DNA of 64,000 nt from Gammaproteobacteria bacterium (lineage in GTDB: Bacteria > Pseudomonadota > Gammaproteobacteria > Eutrophobiales > Eutrophobiaceae), in the NCBI GenBank assembly GCA_965222155.1, contig CBDCTH010000004.1, forward strand, positions 416,001-480,000, written 5' to 3'. The translations under genes and the position numbers were made by a program. Shown piece after piece: positions 38,740 through 48,982 of the stretch (the first letter of the stretch is position 1; each line of letters begins with the position of its first letter). The notes beneath the pieces are model-generated. The model had not been told where the DNA came from, did not search any database, and saw only the letters and a program-made list of their open reading frames with translations.

Positions 38740-39762
38740 TCAGGCAGTGGGCAGGCCGGCGGCGAGTCTATTGAACAGCCATCGCAGCAGGAAATCCTGT
38801 CTGGTGAGCAGGTTCGTGGAGATAATTGTTGCCTTGACGGAGCGGCGGGTGATTTTGACTTCTTCGCCGGAGGTATAAGTGCGATGGCTGTTGATTTTGC
38901 GCAGTGTGAGTATCGCCATGCCCAGCGCCCATAAGCAGAAACGCCTGATCCCGACTTCGTGTCCAGGCAGCAACAGCGTGTAGGTTAATGCATTGTCCAG
39001 GTGTTTACGGGTGACACCGATCAGGTGACCCAGCGCCTGCTGGAATTCCTTTTCGTTTTGCAATGGCGATTCGCTGTTCAGATGTACTCCGTAGTTCTCC
39101 AGAACCGATTGCGGCAGCCAGCACATGTTGCGTTTTTGATCATCCCAGATATCCTTGAGAATATTCGTCATCTGCAGGCCCTGGCCGAAGGAGATCGCCA
39201 GTTGCATCAACTCATCGTAGTTCCGGTTGATGGCGCTGGAGTAATCGCAGAACAGCTCGGTCAGCATTTCGCCCACCACGCCTGCTACGTAATAACAGTA
39301 GCCGTCCATGTCCTGCTGGTCTTTCAAGCCGTTTGCCACGTTCACCTCCTGGTACCGGGTCATGCCGTCGGCCATGATGCTGATGCAGCGGTGCAATGCC
39401 GCCTGCTGGCGCTGGTTAAAGCTGTGGCTGATCCTGATGACCGCCGGGGTGTTCCGTATCAGGTCGCGTTCGCCGGCGGTTGCGGTGGGTGACAGGCGGG
39501 GATACAGGTCACTGGAAAACTGTTGCGCGTCCTCTGTACCGGCTACTACCTGGATAAACCGTTTCGAGAACTGCTGTTTATCTACGAGCGGAAGGTGTTT
39601 GTCGTCTTCTATGGTATCGGCAGTGCGGCATAGCAGGTAGGCGTTGCCGACCACCCGTTCCAGCGGCGCCGGCAGTTGCGGAATGGTCAAGGCAAATGTG
39701 CGGGAAACATCCTGGAGGATCCGGTCCTGGTAGACCAGGTCTGCTGTTGCCGGTGGCTTCAT
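38740..39762 (-). CDS. Squalene/phytoene synthase family protein (single-enzyme squalene synthase type)
   Basis: VSRTFALTI, YLLCRTADTIEDD, YCYYVAGVVG, GLQMTNILKDIWDD. Confidence 0.9.
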   Translation of the reverse strand: MKPPATADLVYQDRILQDVSRTFALTIPQLPAPLERVVGNAYLLCRTADTIEDDKHLPLVDKQQFSKRFIQVVAGTEDAQQFSSDLYPRLSPTATAGERDLIRNTPAVIRISHSFNQRQQAALHRCISIMADGMTRYQEVNVANGLKDQQDMDGYCYYVAGVVGEMLTELFCDYSSAINRNYDELMQLAISFGQGLQMTNILKDIWDDQKRNMCWLPQSVLENYGVHLNSESPLQNEKEFQQALGHLIGVTRKHLDNALTYTLLLPGHEVGIRRFCLWALGMAILTLRKINSHRTYTSGEEVKITRRSVKATIISTNLLTRQDFLLRWLFNRLAAGLPTA

Positions 39763-39816
39763 TACGGCGTCAATATGCCAAGTATTGGGTTTGATGGCAA
39801 GCGTTTTGCCTTGTCC

Positions 39817-40012
39817 AATTCATGGGTGTCCTAAATTTTGCCTCCTGGATTTTCCTGGGGGGAGGTAATTTGGGAGGAGGTAATTTGGGACACCCATGAA
39901 TTTCGCGGGGAATATTGGGACATACATAACATTAATCTATGGGTGTCCCAAATTTGTCCTTAATCTATGGGTGTCCTGGATTTTCCTGCCAATCTATGGG
40001 TGTCCTGGAATT
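39817..40012. repeat. Cluster of GGACACCCAT/ATGGGTGTCC repeats (smaller clusters at ~37694-37762, ~41227-41316 and ~42748-42770)
   Basis: Multiple direct and inverted copies. Confidence 0.8.
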
Positions 40013-40022
40013 TTGTACCTGG

Positions 40023-41003
40023 TTAGCTGGTGGACTGGCGGTTGAAATAGCGGTGGCTTTCTACCTGTTGTAGTATGACGAGGCCGGCTGGGTCGAATAT
40101 CAGGTCGCGTATGCGCAGGGCGAGGGACAGGGCCAGTGAAAATTCGGGGCTGAAACCGACTAATGCGCCGATGATGATGAACGCGCCTTCCTGCACGCCG
40201 TAGGCGTTGGGGATCATGAACGCGAGATCGCTCAGGGCTGCCGTCAGGCTGCGCAGCAAAAACGCTTCGAATACGCTTATGGGTTGTCCCAGCAGGTAAC
40301 AGGCCAGCCATAGTTCGATTGTGTGTAGCGCCAGTGAGGCCAGCCGGTACAGCGCTGCGTTCAGGATGTTGAGTTTATTTCCGTATAATTCCCGTATCAC
40401 CTGGTCCACTTCGGTGGCGGAGAAGGTGACGTTTTCCCAGGTTTCATGTTTCACTAGTTTGCCGACGAGTTTTGCCATGCCGCCCAGTAAACCGAGACGC
40501 TGGACAATGACCATGCCAATGGCGCTGGCTACCAGGAAGACGATGCAGCCGACCGCGTACGGGACGATGCCGCTGTCACCGGGCAGGAACAATAACAGCA
40601 GCGCGCCGGTGAACGCCCAGCAAGCCAGCGCCATGGCCTGTACCGCCTTGTCCACCGTCACGGAAGCGGCCGCATCTACCCCGCTTGTGCCCCATATCGT
40701 AAGCAGTCGTGCCTTGGCGACTTCCCCGCCTATGGATGCGACCGGTAGCAGGTTATTTACTGCGCGTCCCATCCACAGCGCCAGCAGGCCGTGGCCGAAA
40801 GAGGGCTTGCAGCCGGGTTTGAACAACTGGCGCCAGCCCTGTGTTGCCGGCAGTAAAACCGGAAACCACACCAGGGGCAGCAACAGCAGATACCAGCCCG
40901 AGGCAAGTAAAAGCTGGAAAACGTCACGGAAACCCTGCCAGGCCAGCAGGCCGAGCAATAAAAATAACCCGGAAACAAATCCGATTTGTGTCAGAAGACG
41001 CAT
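40023..41003 (-). CDS. Lysylphosphatidylglycerol-synthase TM/flippase-like membrane protein (HpnL-like)
   Basis: AVNNLLPVASIGGE and IPNAYGVQEG motifs; multiple TM segments. Confidence 0.8.
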   Translation of the reverse strand: MRLLTQIGFVSGLFLLLGLLAWQGFRDVFQLLLASGWYLLLLPLVWFPVLLPATQGWRQLFKPGCKPSFGHGLLALWMGRAVNNLLPVASIGGEVAKARLLTIWGTSGVDAAASVTVDKAVQAMALACWAFTGALLLLFLPGDSGIVPYAVGCIVFLVASAIGMVIVQRLGLLGGMAKLVGKLVKHETWENVTFSATEVDQVIRELYGNKLNILNAALYRLASLALHTIELWLACYLLGQPISVFEAFLLRSLTAALSDLAFMIPNAYGVQEGAFIIIGALVGFSPEFSLALSLALRIRDLIFDPAGLVILQQVESHRYFNRQSTS

Positions 41004-41379
41004 GGGAAAATGGTACTCAATTCAGAAAGCTTTAGATATACCGGCCTGCTTGAATATTCCATTGGCAGGATGGCTGGTTTGCGTAATATATGCCTGCCAC
41101 CGGCATATATCAAGCAAATCAATAGGGTCAGACTCGATTGATTTAGCTCATTAGATACCTGCTTTCGCAGAAATGGCGGAAAATCAATCGAGTCTGACCT
41201 CATTGATTGACCCCATGGATTCTATCCAATTCATGGGTGTCCTAAATTATGATCCAATTCATGGTTGTCCCAAATTTGCCCTTGATCCCCTATCTAATTC
41301 ATGGGTGTCCCAAATTTGGCCTTCCCAAATTTGGCCTCCCAAATTTGGCCAGGAAATCAATCAAGACTGAACTCATTGA

Positions 41380-42663
41380 TTACATTGATTTACAACAGAC
41401 GATCTTTCCGTTTTGGATCACCAGTTCGGGATAGACCAGGTTCTTGATGTCTTTCAGAGGGTCGGCGTTGAGCAGGATGAGGTCGGCGCGCTTGCCGGCG
41501 GTGATGCTTCCCAGTTGGTCGTCGAGGCCCATGGCTTGTGCTGCGCGCAGGGTTGCTGCCTGGATGATTTCCGGGTTGGACATGCCTGCCGTCCGCAGGG
41601 CCTGCAATTCCTGCAGGTAGAGCAGGTCGATGGTTTCGAGGTCTTTTACGTTGGAGTCCGTCCCGACGGCGAAGCGCACCCCGGCTTCTCTCATCTCGCG
41701 GAACTGGGCCATCATCGTCTCATAAGTATGTCCCAGATTTTCGGATAACCACTCGGCGCTCTGCTTCTCCGCATTGGCGGCGTATTCGCCCTTCAGCTCC
41801 CGGAGATGAAAACCCAGGGTGGGAATGACGTAGACTCCTTTTTCCGCCATGGCGTTGATCACGTCGGTACCGCCATAGGGATACATGTGTTCGGTGCTGT
41901 CCACGCCGGACTCGACCGCAATGCGGCCGAACTGTTTGTCAAGGTCGTGGGTCCCGCCGATGTGGGCGGTGACCCGCAGGTGGTAGATATGGGCCTCCTC
42001 GACCACTGCGACCATTTCTTCCCTGGTCAGGAATGGGGAGACTTTTATCAGGTCCGCTTCCAGTTTGAGCGCTTCCCTCACCCGTTCCCGCATCCCCCAG
42101 GGGCCGCTGCCTTCCACCGCCCAGAGGGGAGGATGCAAGGGTTGAAATTCCGTGCCATGACCGCCGGTGACGGTAATGATGGGGCCGGATGTATAGTAGC
42201 GCGCGCCACCCATCAGGCCTGCGCGCTGGGTGCGTTTCAATGAATACCCGATCCGGTCCCGGGCGCCGACATCGCGCACCGTTGTGACGCCAATCTCCTG
42301 GTATCGTTCAAGGAACCTCTCCGAACGGATCGCGTTGACGATATCGTCATCCAGGCGCCTGGGGCCGGGCAGGATAAAGGTAACGTGAACGTGCAGGTCG
42401 AACAGTCCCGGCAGGATCCATTTCCCCTCAGCGGAGATACGCTCTACGTCATCCCCAGCGTTTGCCGCCGCGCCGATGCTATGTATCCGCTCTCCTTCAA
42501 TCAGGATCCCCGGATTTTCCCCGGGCTGCGCGCCGGTCCCGTCAACCAGCGTACCCCCCTCGATAAACAACCGCGCAGGACTTGCGGCCACTTCCGCCCT
42601 TGCCGCGAAAACGTTGCATACCGTCAGCAGGCACAATACTGTAATAACGGTAATTTCTCTCAT
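41380..42663 (-). CDS. Secreted metal-dependent amidohydrolase
   Basis: Signal peptide; LPGLFDLHVH, LIKV, TAH, TEH, VGTD, GSITAGKRADL. Confidence 0.88.
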   Translation of the reverse strand: MREITVITVLCLLTVCNVFAARAEVAASPARLFIEGGTLVDGTGAQPGENPGILIEGERIHSIGAAANAGDDVERISAEGKWILPGLFDLHVHVTFILPGPRRLDDDIVNAIRSERFLERYQEIGVTTVRDVGARDRIGYSLKRTQRAGLMGGARYYTSGPIITVTGGHGTEFQPLHPPLWAVEGSGPWGMRERVREALKLEADLIKVSPFLTREEMVAVVEEAHIYHLRVTAHIGGTHDLDKQFGRIAVESGVDSTEHMYPYGGTDVINAMAEKGVYVIPTLGFHLRELKGEYAANAEKQSAEWLSENLGHTYETMMAQFREMREAGVRFAVGTDSNVKDLETIDLLYLQELQALRTAGMSNPEIIQAATLRAAQAMGLDDQLGSITAGKRADLILLNADPLKDIKNLVYPELVIQNGKIVCCKSM

Positions 42664-42997
42664 ATATCAGTCACCCGGCAGTTCATCAATATTATTCTGG
42701 TGGTCAAGTTATTTGAATCAATCGAGTCTGACCCCATGGATACTATCCAATTCATGGGTGTCCCAAATTTGGCTCGCCAAACCGGGCTTGACCCGGCATC
42801 CAGTCAGATAACCTGTCGCTGAAGATTGTGTCTTGTTTTACCGGATAGCTCATGATCAATGCAGGAGTGCTGTACTCCTGGCCTGTAAGTATTATGTCAG
42901 ATGTTGTTCCGGAACATTGCGAAGAATTTGTTTCCGGCATTCGGGTTTCAGATCGTTTCGGTACAACCCCACCCCGCCTCCGGCCCCGGCTGATTAA

Positions 42998-43103
42998 TGG
43001 GGTCAGACTCGATTGATTTAGCTCATTAGATACCTGCCCCTGCTCAACAGCATACAGGGGTAAACTTGCGCAAATGGCGGAAAATCAATCGAGTCTGACC
43101 CCG
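42998..43103. repeat. GGGGTCAGACTCGATTGATTT...AAATCAATCGAGTCTGACCCC palindromic element
   Basis: Related copy at ~41124..41200; half copies at ~42716 and in every unit of the 52.3-54.0 kb array. Confidence 0.75.
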
Positions 43104-43120
43104 TTGATTTCAGCAGGCGC

Positions 43121-45292
43121 TTACTTGAAGTTCAGCCGGATTGTTCCCCCAAACCAGCGGGGTGGATTGTACACGCCCTGTCGGAAGCGAAAACCGGGAA
43201 ACGGGTCCGCTTTGATCAGGTTTGTTTCATCCGTGAAGTTCTGTGCGAAGAAACTTGCCTCCCACTTGCCGTTGTCAGGACGGTATGTCACACGTGCATT
43301 GGTCACGAAATGCTCGCCGAGCCTGGAGGAAGGATCATTGAAGTTAGTCCGGTAGCTGTCGTCCTGCCAGAGAAAGTCCCACAGCAGGGTCACGGTGCCG
43401 TCGAAAGCCGGTTGTGTATAACGCGCTGCCCCGTTGAACGCGACCTTGGGCGAGAACCCCAGGTCTACATCCCTGGTGATTACCCCGTTGTTTATGTCCT
43501 TGAGCTTAGTCTCAAGCAGGGAGATGCCCAATGAAAGCTCGAGAGGGTCTGAGGGGTAAACCTTTATCTCGATCTCGGCGCCGTAGTTCTCCGCGTCGGC
43601 GTTTCTCACCGAGCCGCTCAACCCTACCCAGTTGAATGCCTGAAAATCGCTGTAATCGTAATAGAAGGCGGATGTGTTCACCCGCGCCCGCCGGTCGAAG
43701 ATATCGATCTTGAAACCCGCCTCATAAGACCACAGGGTTTCGTCCTCGAACTGGACGTCGGCAGGTGTCGGAACATCGTAAAAGCCGTTATTGAAGCCGC
43801 CGGCTTTCGTTCCTCTGGAAACCTTTGCGTATATCAGCCAATTCTCGACGGGTTTATAGTGGAGTTCAAGGTTTGCCGATATCAGATCATCGTTCCGGTT
43901 GACCAGATCGCCGACGTTTTCTTCGACAAAATTGCCTGCCGCGTTGCGAAACGCGTAGGCGAATGTATTGATCGCTTCATATCTCTTGTCGTCGTTGGTA
44001 TACCTGACCCCGGCCAGGACTGCCATTTGCGGCGTGATGTCGTATTCGATGTGGCCGAAGATAGACCACGACTCCAGGTCCAGTTGCCACGGGGCATCCA
44101 GAAATCCCGGCAGGCCGAAAAATCCGGCGGTGGGATGCGCCTCCGCATCCTGGTTCAGGTAAAAGAAACCCGCGGTCCAGCGCATATTCCCGGTCTCCTG
44201 GTAGAGCCTGCCTTCCTGGGTCCAGATCTCATGATCCACGGGAAACCCGGCCGTGCACAGGTTATTGGGCGAACCGTCGCAGTCCTCCAGGTTATCGCGG
44301 GTTACCCAGGCATAGCCGGTGAGTGAGGTCAGGGTGATGTTATTGGGCATGTCCCAGTCCACCCTGATCAACCAGTTCAATACCTCGGATTCCACCTCCT
44401 GGGGATTGTCGGTCCATACGGTGCGCGGCGCTTCCGCGCCCACATCGCGTTCGTTGAACCCGAACGTATCGACCCCGTCCAGGTCCAGGTGTTGCAGCCC
44501 GGTTGCCGGATCGAGGAAGGCAATTTCATGGTCGGTATACAAGGGGATAACGTTGATGTCGCCGTACTGGACCTTGGCCAGTATCTCCAGGTCATCGTTC
44601 GGCGTATACAGGAATTGGACCCGCCCTGTCTTGGTGCCGTAATCCGTGCCGTCCTTGAATTCGGGGTTAAGATTCTTCACGTAGCCGTCGCCTTCGTGGA
44701 ACAGGAGTGAGGCGCGTACTGCCAGGTTTTCGGTGGCAGGTGCGTTGATCATTCCTTCAATCCGCACTTCGTCGTAGGATGCATAGGTGGCGTCAATGTA
44801 GCCCTCGGCTTCCCGCGTCGGTTTCTTGGTGATGAAATGGATGAGTCCGCCGGTGGTATTTCTTCCGAACAGGGTCCCCTGCGGCCCGCGCAGCACTTCC
44901 ACCCGCTCCAGGTCGTACAGTGCGAAATCCAGCCCGGCCGGCGGTAGCATGTAGAACTCGTCGATATACCCGGTGACCGGGGATTCATGGGCGTCGCCGA
45001 AATCGCTCAGGCCGATACCCCTGATATAAGTATAAGAGTTGGCGCCCCGGCCCTGTGTCGAGAAGTTATACACGCTTGGAACCTGTGCGACCACGTCCGT
45101 GCTGGAGACGAAGCGGAAATCCCTGATTTGCCCGCTGTCCAGCGCGGTGATAGAGATGCCGACATCCTGCAGGCTCTGCTCTCTTTTTTGTGCTGTGACG
45201 ACGACTTCTTCCAGTACCGTAGCGGCAAATACAGGAACAAGAGTTGCTATAAAGCTGATAAGAATAGACAGCCGGATGAGTGACCTTTTCAT
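43121..45292 (-). CDS. TonB-dependent receptor
   Basis: Signal peptide, TonB box LEEVVVTAQKRE, plug motif ERVEVLRGPQGTLFGRN, C-terminal PRWFGGTIRLNFK. Confidence 0.93.
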   Translation of the reverse strand: MKRSLIRLSILISFIATLVPVFAATVLEEVVVTAQKREQSLQDVGISITALDSGQIRDFRFVSSTDVVAQVPSVYNFSTQGRGANSYTYIRGIGLSDFGDAHESPVTGYIDEFYMLPPAGLDFALYDLERVEVLRGPQGTLFGRNTTGGLIHFITKKPTREAEGYIDATYASYDEVRIEGMINAPATENLAVRASLLFHEGDGYVKNLNPEFKDGTDYGTKTGRVQFLYTPNDDLEILAKVQYGDINVIPLYTDHEIAFLDPATGLQHLDLDGVDTFGFNERDVGAEAPRTVWTDNPQEVESEVLNWLIRVDWDMPNNITLTSLTGYAWVTRDNLEDCDGSPNNLCTAGFPVDHEIWTQEGRLYQETGNMRWTAGFFYLNQDAEAHPTAGFFGLPGFLDAPWQLDLESWSIFGHIEYDITPQMAVLAGVRYTNDDKRYEAINTFAYAFRNAAGNFVEENVGDLVNRNDDLISANLELHYKPVENWLIYAKVSRGTKAGGFNNGFYDVPTPADVQFEDETLWSYEAGFKIDIFDRRARVNTSAFYYDYSDFQAFNWVGLSGSVRNADAENYGAEIEIKVYPSDPLELSLGISLLETKLKDINNGVITRDVDLGFSPKVAFNGAARYTQPAFDGTVTLLWDFLWQDDSYRTNFNDPSSRLGEHFVTNARVTYRPDNGKWEASFFAQNFTDETNLIKADPFPGFRFRQGVYNPPRWFGGTIRLNFK

Positions 45293-45469
45293 GCGCTTAC
45301 CCCCAATTTTCCCATAATTAGTATAGAGAGAACGCGGGTCAAATAGTAATCAGAATAATGAATAGAGGAATATAATCCGAGCTTATCTACAACGCCCGGG
45401 TATCCAAACATAACGCTATCTTTGTATAATGAGAAAGCGTTCACCGGGCGCTGCTTTATGGGTAAGACT

Positions 45470-45688
45470 ATGGCTGATAAATACAAAACCTTTGCTGAGG
45501 AGTTTTATCTTGAGGAAGCCGGTTTTTTCCAGCGGCTGAAACGTGACATTCGTCTCTTAATCTCTCTCTGCATTACCATCGTTATGTGGGTCAAGGCCGG
45601 GAAGTTCAGGTCTGAATTTCGACGTTACCGGGCAGCAGGCAAGCGCTATTACGTCGACAAGTTTACGCCCCCCGAGGCAAGGAAATGA
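45470..45688 (+). CDS. Small hypothetical protein with one hydrophobic segment, coupled to the next gene
   Basis: 72 aa from MADKYK; ATGA overlap with 45685. Confidence 0.55.
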   Translation: MADKYKTFAEEFYLEEAGFFQRLKRDIRLLISLCITIVMWVKAGKFRSEFRRYRAAGKRYYVDKFTPPEARK

Positions 45689-46974
45689 AACTGCATGACA
45701 CGCCCACGGCGGAAAACCTGCCGGCATATCAGAAGCAGCCGATTTCCGGTAACAAGATTAACGGGCAGGGCGTGAAGGAAAAGGCGCGCCCCACGCGGGT
45801 ATTCCATGCCGTATGGAACAGGGAGTTGCCCTGGACCGGCATGAATGATTTTTTCCTGATGAACAATTCCTGGGCCATATTGATACAGGCCCTTAACCCG
45901 CATTTCTCACCAGTTCGCTTGTCGTCATCGGATAGTTGTTTGCTGTCAATACGTTATGACGATCTTCTCACTATATCGACATAACAGACTGCGCTTGATG
46001 TGCCCTCGCTTGTCTTTTTCCCGCCAGCGGGCACGTGTTCATTGCGCCCATCCCTGGGCGCAACCCTGCGGGCGGCTGTCGCCGTGCAAATTGTCTGTCC
46101 TGACAATTTGTCCCTCAACCAGAGCTACGGTTATGCTTTCGGTCGCAGGCACCCGCCGGCGGGAAAAATCCTGCGCGATCATCGCATCAACTGGTGAGAA
46201 ATACGGGTTAAGAATCGGTGGTTATTGAGGCGTTGCGCAGGACCTGTCGCAACGCGCCGGGTCGAAGTCAGCGATCCGGATGATATGGCCCGGCAGTTAA
46301 AACAGAAGGCGCAGGAACTGGGCGCGGGAATTGTCGGGATTACCGAAATTGAGCCCAATGATCTCTATGATGATATGGAACCGAAGTACCGGTATGCCAT
46401 CTGTATCGGCATCCCCATGCACCGGGAGGAGATGCAGCATGTCCCGCACGCCCGCGCCGGACTGGAGGTTCAGCGCGTCTACGGGGAGGTGGCCAGGGTA
46501 TCGATCGAACTGGCCGAATACATACGCGCCATGGGCTGGCCTGCCCACGCCTATGGCGACCCGCGCAGCACGGAAGCATTACAGATACCCATGGCAATCC
46601 GCGCCGGCCTCGGCCAGTTGGGCAAGCATGGTTCGATGATCTCCAAAGAGTATGGTTCCAACTTTCGTTTATCCGCGGTCGGCACGGACATCCCTCTCAG
46701 CCTGGACAGTCCCGTGGATATCGGGGTGGATGACCTGTGCCTCGGGTGCAGGCGCTGTACGATCGATTGCCCGCCCGATGCGATTAACGATGAGAAGCAG
46801 TGGGTGCGTGGAGAATACCGCTGGTATGTGGATTTCGATAAATGCGTGCCTTATTTCACTACGACTTTTGGCTGCGCGATCTGTATTGAAGTCTGCCCCT
46901 GGTCGGAGCCGGGCCGCGGGCCGAAACTGTCGCAGATGCTGTTAGCCAAGCGCAATACGAAAAGAACAAAATAG
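45685..46974 (+). pseudogene. Reductive-dehalogenase/QueG-like 2x[4Fe-4S] protein interrupted by a MITE
   Basis: Removing 45896..46208 plus one TA restores ...IQALKNRWLLRRCAG... (324 aa). Motifs: AGLGQLGKHG...GSNFRL, CLGCRRCTIDCP, C..GCAICIEVCPW. Confidence 0.8.
45896..46208. mobile_element. TA-targeting MITE with nested inserts
   Basis: IRs ACCCGCATTTCTCACCAGTT / AACTGGTGAGAAATACGGGT flanked by TA; core homologous to 51072..51231. Confidence 0.82.
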
Positions 46975-47181
46975 CAGTAGCCCGGTTTCCTGATGAGAAA
47001 AGTCGTTCGTGCCAGCTCCTCGCGGTTCTTCAAGTCGCTGAACGACAATCCAAATATTCCGACTCTCCGGGGACGGATTTCAATCCGTCCCCTTATGCAA
47101 CAGACAGGCCGTGTATGATGCGCCGCGCTGGTTTGGCGGTTCGGTGCGCAGAAACTGGAATTAATTCAGGGATTCTCTGAA

Positions 47182-48969
47182 TCAGATCGCTCCAGCGTCC
47201 CGCAACGTGGCTGTCTGGGCCGTATCGACGGCGCCGGATTCATCAACCGCTACCCGGTATGTCTCCCGCGCACGCTGTGGCGATACCCAGCCGCGCTGCA
47301 CGTCGCGCGCAACCCGGCCCGGGTCACGCGTCCAGGGCGCGCCGTAACCGCCGCCGCCGCTGCAAATTGAAACAACGCGTTCGCCGGGTTTGACGGTGAC
47401 CTGTTCATAGGTCCCGAGTGGCCCGGACAGTTCCCCGTTGTTGTCACGGACGTACTGGCGCGCCAGTGAGCCGTTTTCTCCGCCGCGGACGCCGATGCCC
47501 GGATAGGTGGTGCCTTCGCTGAGCCACACGGCAGTCAGGTCGCAGTCCAGCGAGCCGAACTCGACCTGGGCGCTGGGCGCGCCGCAATGGCGTCCGGCGC
47601 CCTCGCTGTCGCGGACGATGAATTCGGAATGAATCAGTACCGGGTATTTCATTTCCAGTATTTCGATGCTGTCCCGGCGCAGGAACCCGGCGGCGCCGAT
47701 ACCGATGATCGTCAGCCAGCCGTCGGCAACGGGGCCGGCGGCGCCGCCTGTGAAGCCGAGCCATAGCTGGTTCACGAAAGGCCCGCGTCCGGGGCGTTTG
47801 TCTATGCCCGATATCACCGCCGTGGCTGCCGGCGAGGCCTTCCCGGTCGCCGCCATGCCGTAGCCCTCTCCCAGTTCGGCGATTGCGCGCACCACGGAAT
47901 TGGCAACCAGTTCGGACAGGTTGGTCGTCGCGACCGAGCAACTGTACGGGTGTACCGGGATGCCGACCACACAGTTTTCGCGCAGGTGCACGCGCAGGCG
48001 GCGAAAACTGCCGGCATTCGGCGGGACCACGGACCCGAGTCCGGTGAACACGCCCATCATTGCCGCCGTGCGCGCGGTAGATTCGGTCAGGTTCAGACCG
48101 CAGGGCTGGCAATCGGGGTTATCGGTCAGGTCCACCTCGATACGCGCCGCGTCACGGTCAACCTTGACGCGGGCATTCACCTCCAGCCCGTCGGGCAATG
48201 CGCCGGGGATGGGATCGTGCCAGGCGGAAGTCCTGGCTTCTCCTGACGGCAGACGCCGGATGGCGTCAAGCATCATTCGTTCGCTGTAATCGAACCATTC
48301 GCGGGGATAGGCGGCAAATTCTTCGCCGTCCATCTCCTGCAACAGGTCGAGCAGTTTCCGCTCACCGATCCTGGCCGCGCCCAGCAGGGCAAGGAAGTCG
48401 CCATGCCACAACTCGGGTACCCGGATCCGGACCTGCGCAATGCGCAGGACGTCTTCACGGTCCCGGTAATCTTCCTGTACCTTTACGCACGGGAAGATCA
48501 ACGCGCCTTCCTCGTAGACGTCCCTGGCGGCCGCGGAATAGGTCGTGGGGACCGCATTCCCGCAGTCGGCCAGGTGGGCCTTGGCGATGACCGTAAACCG
48601 ATGCCGGCCGGAATCATCCATGACAGGCACCAGTATAGTCCAGTCTGCGGCATGTGAATTTCCGTGGTAAGGCGAGTTGTGCAGGAAAGCATCGCCGCGC
48701 TTCAGTTCCGGGTTGAAGCGCGTCATCCATTGCGCCATCAGGTCCGGACCGCTCATGACATGGATCGGCAGGCTCTCGGCCATGGCCAGCATCTCGTGGT
48801 CGGCAGTCAGGATACAACAGGAGAAATCCCGCGCGGTATTCAGGATGGCGGACCGGGCGGTGCGTAACAGTGTATTGGTCATCGCCCGCACGATGCCGTC
48901 GAAACGGTTATTCAACAGGGCGAGCTTGTGTCCGTCCAGGGTATGTCCGGTGGCGCTCAATGTATTCAT
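47182..48969 (-). CDS. Hydantoinase B/oxoprolinase family subunit
   Basis: RTARSAILNTARDFSC, NSPYHGNSHAAD, KAHLAD, SGGGGYG. Confidence 0.92.
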   Translation of the reverse strand: MNTLSATGHTLDGHKLALLNNRFDGIVRAMTNTLLRTARSAILNTARDFSCCILTADHEMLAMAESLPIHVMSGPDLMAQWMTRFNPELKRGDAFLHNSPYHGNSHAADWTILVPVMDDSGRHRFTVIAKAHLADCGNAVPTTYSAAARDVYEEGALIFPCVKVQEDYRDREDVLRIAQVRIRVPELWHGDFLALLGAARIGERKLLDLLQEMDGEEFAAYPREWFDYSERMMLDAIRRLPSGEARTSAWHDPIPGALPDGLEVNARVKVDRDAARIEVDLTDNPDCQPCGLNLTESTARTAAMMGVFTGLGSVVPPNAGSFRRLRVHLRENCVVGIPVHPYSCSVATTNLSELVANSVVRAIAELGEGYGMAATGKASPAATAVISGIDKRPGRGPFVNQLWLGFTGGAAGPVADGWLTIIGIGAAGFLRRDSIEILEMKYPVLIHSEFIVRDSEGAGRHCGAPSAQVEFGSLDCDLTAVWLSEGTTYPGIGVRGGENGSLARQYVRDNNGELSGPLGTYEQVTVKPGERVVSICSGGGGYGAPWTRDPGRVARDVQRGWVSPQRARETYRVAVDESGAVDTAQTATLRDAGAI

Positions 48970-48982
48970 CAGCAAAACCTCG

